DNA of 63,826 nucleotides, counting the filler, from Reclinomonas americana ATCC 50394 (lineage: Eukaryota), in NCBI GenBank assembly GCA_048213135.1. It is 12 parts of 12 records of this genome, joined end to end, with 100 filler letters (N's around TTAATTAATTAA, not from the genome) between each part and the next. Parts side by side here need not be neighbours in the genome. Positions count along the whole stretch, not along the records: positions 53,298 to 55,957 come from AFZH01018174.1; positions 56,058 to 57,286 come from AFZH01018175.1; positions 57,387 to 59,401 come from AFZH01018176.1; positions 59,502 to 62,577 come from AFZH01018177.1; positions 62,678 to 63,826 come from AFZH01018179.1; 7 more parts are not named here. One strand, given 5' to 3'. Under the pieces are notes generated by a model. The model had not been told where the DNA came from. It saw only the letters and a list, made by a program, of their open reading frames with translations, and did no database searches. The translations under genes were made by a program, and so were the position numbers. This document shows, one piece after another, positions 54,916 through 63,826 of this stretch (position 1 is the first letter of the stretch; each line of letters begins with the position of its first letter).

Positions 54916-56057
54916 TTATGCGTACGCCTTGATTTCTTGCAGCAGCCGTCGACTTTCGGAGACAAAGTCGACCGGTGAGTGCTCCACCACCACGGCCTTG
55001 ATGCGCTTCTCGCCATTGACGTCCTCGGCCTTGACCCTCAACTTGACATTCAGTTGCTGGAAGAGTGCCTCATCGGCAATCGCCTTCTTGCCAGCGGGGT
55101 TGCCCTGCGCGATACACATAGACGATGAGAATCAAATGTCGACGCATACTGCCGCCTTCTTCTTTCTTCTGTCATCCTCCTCTTCTCGTCTTCTCTCTTC
55201 CTCCCGTTAGGCGGGTTCTCCTCGTCCTTTCCTCCCCTCTCTTCTCCTCGTCCCCTCTTCTCATCGTCTCATCTTCTCTGTTTTCTTTCTTATTCGTCCC
55301 CTTCTCTCCTCCTAACTTCCCCTCTCCTCTTCTCATCGTCTCGTCTTCTCTCCTCCCCCGTCTTCCTTCTTCTCTATCATCCTCTTGTTCTTCCCTTTCT
55401 GCTCTCATCTCCTCCTCCTCTTCTCGTCTTCTCTCTTCCCCCTTCTTCCTTCTTCTCTGCTATCCTCCAGTTCTTCCCCTTCAGCTCTTATCTCCTCTTC
55501 TCATCTTCCCATCTTCTCTCTTCCCCCTTCCTCCTTCTTCTCTGCCATCCTCGTATTCTTTCCCTTCTCCTCCCTTCCTTCTCTTCTCATTCAACCCCTT
55601 CTCTCCTCCTCCTCCTTCTCCCTCCATCCACACCTGCAAATCACACTCGGCCACCTCCGACGCCGGCGTGTTCAGCAGCTTCTGCGCCTGATCGTCAAAG
55701 AACGTCATCCACTTGACGGCGCTGGCGTCGGCCGTCAGCACCGAGATGATGTAGCGGTAGGTGCACGTGGGTGATGTGGTGGCGCAGCTCTCGCACGACC
55801 AGCTCTCGCCGCTCTGCGTGACCTTGCGCTTGCACTGTGTGCAGGCCGGGTAGTACATCATGCCGTCGGTCTTCATGTACATGACCCACACGCGGGACAT
55901 GATGTAGTCGGGCTGCGAGTGGGGGAGAAGTGAGCGAGGAGAGAGAGAGGGAGGGAANNNNNNNNNNNNNNNNNNNNNNNNNNNNNNNNNNNNNNNNNNN
56001 NTTAATTAATTAANNNNNNNNNNNNNNNNNNNNNNNNNNNNNNNNNNNNNNNNNNNN

Positions 56058-56095
<38 letters not shown>

Positions 56096-59087
56096 GAGAG
56101 AGAGAAAAGGAGAACATGAAAGAAGCACTGACCTTCTCGCAAAAAAGCCAGAGACACAGAGAGAAAGATAGAGAGTGAGAAGCAGAGTATGTGTGCATGA
56201 AACACCTCTCTCTCTTTATGGCTTAGTGGAAGCAACTCCACTTTCACTTTCCCCAATGCCTCTCTCCCTCCCCCTCTTCCCTTCTTCTCCCTCCCCCCTT
56301 CTCCTTCCCTCTCCCTCCCCCTCTCCCCCTTCTTCCCCCTCCTGACCTTCTCGCCAAAGCCCAGCTGCTCCCGATCAATCTGCAGCAGCATCTTGTGCGG
56401 AGTGCTGCGTGGACCACCCTGGCCGCCAAACGACGACGCCATGCCTTCGCCGACGGGCGAAAACGACTCGTGACGACCGGCGGAATCGTACCACGCGCGC
56501 AGGCGGTACACGTCGTCGTTCGGGGCGTTGATCAGCACCTGCGACGACATCATGCTGCTCAGCGAGCGGCCTGTGCAGGAGAGTGATGTGAGTGAGCGAC
56601 AAAACAAGACAGGCAAAGGAGAAGGCGATGAGGATGTTCGGGGAAAGAGGCGATGCAGGAGGCGAAGCAGACAATTCATGAGCCTTCTTTCACTCTTCCA
56701 ACCTCCACTCTCGTCACACTCCGCCTGGACTCCCCATTGAGCCACGACATGAGGGAGATCAAGAAGCAAAGCAGGATGCAAAGCGAAACTCAGGAGCTCC
56801 GTCATTCTCTCCTAGAGAGAGAGGGAGAGAACGAGAGACAGACAGACAGAGAGAGCGACAACAGGAAGACAGTGAGAGAGAGAGGAGAGAAATCATAGAT
56901 TTCCTCAGCGTGCACTTTTGACTGAGCTGTTCCTTTGTTATCTCGCAGAGAGAGGGAGAGAGAGACAGACAGACAGACAGACAGCCTCAACACGGCGAGG
57001 TCGTGTCGGACACTTCGACACAGATGCCGCGGCTGACAGTCTCCCATGAACTCGGCCAATTCATGTATCTCTCTCTCTTCCACTCTCTCCATCTCTCTCA
57101 CACGTGCCCTCCAACCTGCCGACTCTCCACTGAGCCACGATTTGAGAGAAAGCAAGAAGCAAAGCAGGATGCAAAGCGAAGGACTAACGTCGCTCACTAA
57201 CTCAAGAGCCCCTTCTTTCCATCTCTTCCCCCTCTCCCTCCCTCCCTCCCTCCCTCTTTCCCTCCCTTCCCTCCCCCCCACCCCCGNNNNNNNNNNNNNN
57301 NNNNNNNNNNNNNNNNNNNNNNNNNNNNNNTTAATTAATTAANNNNNNNNNNNNNNNNNNNNNNNNNNNNNNNNNNNNNNNNNNNNGATGTGAGGAGGAG
57401 GAAGGTAAGAGGATTGATAAGTCATCGACGAAAACGAGGAGATGCGGCACGCACCGAAGTGTCCTCGGCCACCAAATCAATGGTCGACTGTCGCTCGTCG
57501 AGCGTGATCTCGTAGTCGTTGCGGGTCGAGTTGAACTTGGCGTTGGCGTGCTTGATGGCGCCGCCGCTGATAATGTACACGCCGTTGACCTGGATCAGCG
57601 GCTCGAACTTGTCGACCGCGTCTTTGAAGCAGGTGAGACGGATCTCGCCGCCCTGCACACACTCTGAGGTGAGAGAGAGAAGGAGCAGGGAGAGAGAAAG
57701 GGGGAAAGAAAGCGCAACATAGTTGTCGACCACGTCAAAGCTGAAGAGGCGACCGGTGCCACGCTCGTTGGTCCACGTGCGCACCTGGCCCTTGTTGGTG
57801 ACGCGGCCCTTGATGGTCCAGCGCGTCGAGTACAGCGTGAGCGACTGGATCGGCATCACCGCCTGCTGCGACACGCGCTGCACGGGGCCCGAGGCGGAGC
57901 CGCCGTACGACGACATCGGTGGCGGTGGGGCCGCAGCCGACTGGTACGCCGGGCGCGATGGGGCGGCCGCCGTGACGGGCACGCTCGCTGCCGTGGCCGC
58001 CGACTGGGTGGTCTGTGGCGGAGGACATGAGTTTTGCGCAGGCAAGAGGTGGGCCAAGAACAGCACTCACCACCGACTTGAGCACATTCTCGTCGAGGCG
58101 AGTGGGGGTGCCGACGCGAGGGTACACGCCGAGGGGTTGCACGCCCATCACGAACAGGACGCTGTGGTGAGGCGGGGAGAAGGTAAGGGGAGGGGGAAGG
58201 CAAAGGGGAAGGGGGAGGGGAAAAGGAAAGAGGGAGGAGAAGGGGATAGGAGGAGAGGAAAAGGGGAGGAGAGTGGGGAAAGTGCAACGACGAAAAGGAG
58301 TGAGGTGAGGCAAGTGAGAAGAGACGAGAGAAGGAAAGCGTGCAGCGATCGAAATGCACGAAGCGAGAGGCCAACAGAAGAGAAGGCAGCAGGCACCCCA
58401 GTGAATGGCAAGTGCTGGGAAGATGAAAGAGAAGGGTCTCCTCGAACTCCAAAGAGAATGAGAGAGGAGAGAAAGCAGTTCGTGACAGAGGCGAGCGAGA
58501 GGAAGCGATGACAGCTCACATCACGCGCTGTCAGTCACAGAGAGGCAAGAAGAGAGAAGAGCACAGAAAGGTCGATTTGAGCTCTCCTTTCCCTCTCTCT
58601 CACGCCACACACATACACACCGACGACTGCCGACAGCCTCCAGCATGTAATCAGTGAGACCTACCACAGAGAGTGAGAGAGAGCGCACACACAAACACTC
58701 ACACACAAACACAAGAAAATCGCAACGAATGACAATGTCCTTGACCAGCGGCTGCGTGGATGCCTCTGCCGCATGCGGCGCAAGCATCGCCTGGTAGTAG
58801 TGCGCACCATCAGAGAGCACAACTCTGTGCACAAAAGAGAGAAGTGAGTGTGATGGCAAACCCCCCCACAAAACACACACACACGCTCTCTCCCTGTGTG
58901 TGCGTCTCTCTCTCCCTTCCTCTCCCTTCTCTCCTCCTTCCCCACACACACACCTCTGTCGCGGAGGGGCGCCGTCGTGCGTCTCCAACAACTTGATGTC
59001 CACCATCTGCACCACCGGGTTGGGCGGGTTCAACCCATTCAGAATATCCACCAAACACCCCGTGCTCAACGTCGGCGCGTCCATCAC
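54916..59087 (-). CDS. RPA1: Replication protein A 70 kDa subunit
   Basis: LSTGCL...PVVQMVDIK...LSDGAHYYQAML; PIQSLTLYSTRWTIKGRVTNKGQVRTWTNERGTGRLFS; GEIRLTCF; LRAWYD; C4 finger YPACTQCKRKV...CESC; YRYII..ADAS..WMTFF. Exons stay colinear across two gaps. Confidence 0.95.
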
Positions 59088-59341
59088 AAATCAACAAGAA
59101 CAAAGACAGAGAGAGAGTGTGTGTGCGCGCGCTTCAACTCGCGAGAAAGGCAAACGGGACAATACGAGTGCGGGAGACTCGAGCACCACCGGACAGATGC
59201 ATCTGTCCGCAGATTCTCGCACACAGATACTTTTCGCTGCCTTTCCGCACGCGATAACCTTTCACTTTCTCTCTCTTTTCTTGTTACTTTCTCTGTGTGC
59301 TGATTGTCGTGCGTGACTTTCTGGGGTTTTTCGAAAAAAAC
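59088..59341. promoter_or_regulatory. Putative bidirectional promoter (RPA1 / desaturase)
   Basis: About 250 nt between divergent ATGs (59087 minus, 59342 plus); contains CTCGCGAG palindrome. Geometric inference only. Confidence 0.35.
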
Positions 59342-62132
59342 ATGCCGTCTTTGGTCGCCGAATCTCACGCGGAGGTGTTGCCCTCGGCTGATGTTGCGTG
59401 CNNNNNNNNNNNNNNNNNNNNNNNNNNNNNNNNNNNNNNNNNNNNTTAATTAATTAANNNNNNNNNNNNNNNNNNNNNNNNNNNNNNNNNNNNNNNNNNN
59501 NTCTCTCCTTATCTCCGTCGCACACACGCACACACACACATGTTTTTTCGCGAGATGAAAGTGCATTCTCAACTCCGCATATAGGTGCCGAAGCACTTGT
59601 GGAGGATACACGGGAAGCACTATGACATGAGCGACTTTGTGAGCTCGCACCCGGGCGGAGAGGAGTTCATCGTGCTCGGCAAAGGTAAGCAGGAGCAATC
59701 ATTACCACTCTGCACAATGTATTGTCTGACTCAGGGTGTCGTTGTGTGTTTGTGTGTTAGGGCGTGACTGCACGGAGTTGTTTGAGAGTGTGCACGCGCT
59801 GGCGAATAAGAACGTGGCCGCCATTCTCTCCAAGTACGAGGTCAAGGAGGTGGCCGCGGAGAGTTGCGCTCACTCCTTGTGTGCGTGCGCATAAGATTCT
59901 CCACTGTCCGTGATTGTAACTTTTCTCGCTGCCGCCTCCAACACAGAGGACATGTTCTCGTGGGAGGAGAATGGATTCTATCGTACCCTGCAGCGTCGTG
60001 TGCGCGCATACTTTGCGCATGGTCAGCCGGCGGGCGTCGTTGGCAACTACAAGGCCACGCTGCTGTTTTGGACCAAGGTGGCGGTGATGGCCGTCATGTG
60101 GGCCTACTGTGTGGTGTACGGCGTCATTCTGGAGGGCTGCTGGTGGAAGGCGCTGCTGGCGGGCTTTTTCATCGAGTCCGTGGGCTTCAAGTTGCGTCCG
60201 CTTCTCATCTCCGTCAACCCCTTTTGTGGCCATTGAAGAATCTGGTCGGACATGGCGGATTCTCGCTGGTTTCTCCCCCCTCCTTTCCCCCCGAACCTCG
60301 TGCCTGAACTCCGTTCCTCTCACATACAGCCTGATGCACGATGGCTCGCACGGCGCGATCTCCAAGGACGCCGCCCTCAACCGCGCCGGCATGTACTGGG
60401 GCAACATGGCGCTGTGGGACGAGTGGCTGTGGCTGACGCACCACGTGTACGGCCACCACTCGTACACGGGCGTGAATCGCCGCGATCCCGACCTCAACAA
60501 CGCCAAGGCCTTTTTGCGCAAGCACCCCGAAGGCCGCTGGAAGAGCATCCTGCGCTACCAGCACCTCTACGTGTGGCTGGTGCTGATGGTGTTCCCCAAC
60601 CAGCACATTGGCCAGAGCATCCAGTACGTCATTGGTGCCTACCGCCGCCGCCTCTTTGGCGTGCCACTGGTGCACCAACGCCCGCTCAAGTCCTCCAAGA
60701 TCATCTTCCTCTCGCTGTGCGCCGCCAGCCTCACCGCCTACCTCCTCCTGCCCATGTACCTGCACGGGTTCTGGACGGGCGTCGTTTGCAACTGGTGCGT
60801 GTGGACGGCCGCCGGCGCCACCTACTTTATGACAGTGGCGCCGAACCACGACTCGCCCGAGTCGGCCATTCACAATGTGCCGCACCCGAAGGCCGGCGAG
60901 CGGGTCGATTGGGGGGAGCAGCAGGTGCGCTGCTCCGGCAATCACTCGACGGAGACCAGTAATCCGGTGAACTGGCTCATCACGCAGGTGTTTGGGGGGA
61001 TGAATTTCCAGGTCTGTAAGGGGGAAGGGTAATTAGGGGAAGGGGGTAGGGGGGGAAGGGGGAGGGGGGGAGGCCTAGGGGAGGATTAGGGGAGGGAGGT
61101 TGCTAGGCGTGTTCGTTAACACCGTGATCTGTGCTCTCTTAGTTTCTTCTTCGGGTCGGATTGACCTTTCCTCTCTTTTCTTCGACTTTGAGGTTCTCGT
61201 TAATCTTTTCTGATGATCATGCTGCGTTGGCATTGTCTGTGTGAGATTGTTTGCCGACTGCTCGTTGTTGGGCTGTATTCATTGGAAAGTTGTTTCTGTT
61301 TATGAGTGTGAGTGTGTGTGCTGCTGTTTTCCTTGTTTGTTTTCGTGACTGTCAGGCCATGCTCTGTCTTCCTGTATTCTGGCCTCTCAGTTTAGTGCTC
61401 GTGGTCGAAGACTGCGACCCGTTCTGCTTCACACAATTGTCTGCTTCGGGGTCTCTGATGTTCGTCGGGCTGTTGTCTCCTCTCTGTCATTGTTCGTTGT
61501 CGATGGCTGTCTTGCGTTCAGCTTCACGCACTGGCTGCTTCCGTGTCGCTTGCTCTTTTGGATTCTCTGTCTCCTCTCTGTTTGTGTCACTCGGTTACTG
61601 CTCTCTGTCGAAGGCGGTGTTGCACTCTACTTCAATCTCTTTCTGCTTTGGGATCTCTGATATTCGTCGGGCTGTTGTCTCCTCTCTGCCATCATTGTTC
61701 GTTGTCAAAGACTCTCTTCACGCACTGTCTGCTTCCGTGTCGATTGCTATTCGTTGGATCTCTGTCTACTCTACGTTTGTGTCACTCGGTTACTGCTCAC
61801 TGTCGAAGGCGGTGTTGCATTCTACTTCACGTCCGGGTTCTCTATTCTTCGTCCCGCTGTTGTCTCTTCCATCAGTTTGCAGCCTCCTCTTTGAGTGCTC
61901 ACTCCCTCCCCCTTCTTCCCCTTCTCTCTCCCCCCTTCTCCCCCTCTCACAGATCGAGCACCACCTGTTCCCCTCGGTGAACAACGTGCACTTCCCCGCC
62001 CTCTCCAAGATCGTCAAGGACACGGCGCGCGAGTTCGACATTCCCTACAACTGCAAGCCGACCTGGTTCGCCGCGATGAAGTCCTACTACACCCTGCTGC
62101 GCCAGATGGGCCGCAAGGAGCACTCAGAGTAG
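59342..62132 (+). CDS. Cytochrome b5-fused front-end fatty acid (or sterol) desaturase
   Basis: HPGG b5 motif and GRDCTELFESVH; His boxes HDGSH, HHVYGHH, QIEHHLFP; TAG at 62130-62132. First exon at 59342 is tentative; firm from 59585. Confidence 0.9.
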
Positions 62133-62213
62133 AAACGTCGAGAGAAGAACGAACGAGGAGAAGAAGGAAGTGAAATCAATGTGTCTGCGAGTCCTGTTGA
62201 GAAGAAAACGCGA

Positions 62214-62400
62214 ATGTCATTCAAGCAGGTGCGCGCTGGCAACTCGCTCACGTGTCAAGCATCTCTCTCTCTCTCTCTCAGTTGCTCACTCATTGTGTGA
62301 TTGCATGTCAGACACAAGCATTGCCAGTGGCCACTCTGAGTGAGCCTCCCGATTTCAGTGTTCCTCCGGCCACTGCAGAGGAGTACTTGGCGCGTGTGAG
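62214..62400 (+). CDS. GEMIN2: Gemin2/SIP1 (SMN-interacting protein) N-terminal exons; rest in gap
   Basis: MSFKQ|TQALPVATLSEPPDFSVPPATAEEYLARVR| (intron 62229-62311) matches the Gemin2 LPV...PPxTxxEYLxRV motif. Not in the ORF track. Confidence 0.65.
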
Positions 62401-62677
62401 GTGAGAGTCAGTGAGAGAGAGAGAGAGAGCGGGAGAGAGAGAGGGAGAGAGACAGCAGTGAGAGAGAAAGAGAGGAGGGCAACAGAGACAGCTGTGAGAG
62501 AGGGGAATGAGACAGAGAGAAGGAGGGAGAAGAGAGGGAGGAGAGAGAGAAGAGAGCGAGGGGGAACAAGACAAGGCNNNNNNNNNNNNNNNNNNNNNNN
62601 NNNNNNNNNNNNNNNNNNNNNTTAATTAATTAANNNNNNNNNNNNNNNNNNNNNNNNNNNNNNNNNNNNNNNNNNNN

Positions 62678-63472
62678 CACCGTGATGCAGTCAACTCTGT
62701 AGTTGTCACTCCTGACGGGCAGTACGTTGTCAGCGGGTGTTTAGACAAGACCGTGCGCGTGTGGTCACTTGCGAGTGGCAAGGAAGTGCGACGGTATAGA
62801 AGGCACACTGACTGGGTAATGTCTGTGGCTGTCACTCCCGATGGCCAGCACGTGGTGAGTGGAAGCTGGGACAAGACAGTGCGAGTGTGGTCACTCGCGA
62901 CTGGAAAACAGGTGCGACGGCTGGAGGGACACACCGGGTTCGTGGAGTCTGTTGCCGTCACTCCCGATGGTCAGCACCTCGTGAGTGGCAGCAGGGACTG
63001 CACAGTGCGGGTATGGTCACTGACGACTGGCGAGGAGGTGCGACGGCTGGAGGGGCACGGCGATATCGTGTTTTCTGTCGTCGTCACTCCCAACAGTCGG
63101 TATGTTATCAGTGGGAGTCGCGACCAGACAGTGGGGGTGTGGTCACTGGAGAGCGGTGAGGAAGTTCGACGACTGAAGGGACACGCTAGAGAGGTCTTGT
63201 GTGTTGCCGTCTCTTCCGATGGGCAACACATCGTCAGTGGCAGTGGGGACAACAAGATCCTCGTGTGGTCCACTCCATGCGGCCTCGCTCAGCTGGAACT
63301 CCTCACAGCGCGCTCGGCGATGCAGGCAGTGCGGGAGATGCAGCAGCGGAAGGAGGAGGAAGAAGAGCCGGACTCTCGGTGCTTGCCAGAGATGGTGCTG
63401 CGCTGCTTCATGGTGGAGGAGGCGGCTGTCGTGGTGCATCGATCTTTCGCTGACACTGAGTTGCATCTGTGA
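62678..63472 (+). CDS. 3' part of a second NLR-type WD40-repeat protein
   Basis: About five 42-aa repeats (VTPDGQHVVSGSWDKTVRVWSLATGKQVRRLEGH) with the same consensus as 36261-38005, followed by an unrelated helical tail; intronless. Confidence 0.8.
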   Translation, partial: HRDAVNSVVVTPDGQYVVSGCLDKTVRVWSLASGKEVRRYRRHTDWVMSVAVTPDGQHVVSGSWDKTVRVWSLATGKQVRRLEGHTGFVESVAVTPDGQHLVSGSRDCTVRVWSLTTGEEVRRLEGHGDIVFSVVVTPNSRYVISGSRDQTVGVWSLESGEEVRRLKGHAREVLCVAVSSDGQHIVSGSGDNKILVWSTPCGLAQLELLTARSAMQAVREMQQRKEEEEEPDSRCLPEMVLRCFMVEEAAVVVHRSFADTELHL

Positions 63473-63826
63473 GATGGGAGGACGGAGCTTTCAAGTCCTC
63501 TCTCATACTCTTCTGTGATATCCATCGCCTCCTACATGCACGGCAGACAACGCTGTTGTTTAGTTTAGTCAATGACAACAACAACAACAACCGCGCCCAC
63601 CACCAGCCACCACCGATATGAGCCTCACCAACAACATGACAAGCTCTCTTGTGTTTCAACCACGCCACCAACGTACGATCGCGACACCACCACTGTCTGC
63701 TTTTGCTTTGCCTGCTTCACGGATCCGGACCCGGCTTTGCTTTGTTTGCCTGGCTCATGGCCTTTTCCCGAATTCGATGTGCCGTGTACGATCGCAGAAA
63801 ACGCTATGGGGTCTATGCAAATGTAT

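Overview
Eukaryotic (protist-like) scaffold with GT-AG introns, standard genetic code, GC-rich exons, GA/CT microsatellite-rich introns and eleven 100-nt N gaps padded with an artificial TTAATTAATTAA linker. Genes in order: an intronless EGF-repeat/lamin-tail protein with myxobacterial-type Cys motifs, a low-complexity hypothetical protein, a TALE homeobox gene, kinesin-14, PPi-dependent phosphofructokinase, APC1, a tandem array of four caspase-family (C14) genes on the minus strand, a divergently oriented NLR-like gene, a giant beta-helix/multi-TM surface protein, a METTL21-like methyltransferase, RPA1, a cytochrome-b5-fused front-end desaturase, the start of Gemin2 and the end of a second NLR-type WD40 gene. 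Manual splicing shows that the NLR-like gene reads caspase(His/Cys intact)-NACHT-pentapeptide-14xWD40. The standout is the 23.3-38.2 kb block: a caspase-fused NACHT-WD40 sensor head-to-head with four standalone caspase paralogues that share its intron phases. This is a candidate innate-immunity/cell-death cluster in a protist, largely invisible in the ORF track because it is split by introns. All exon models were derived by eye and no database searches were run.
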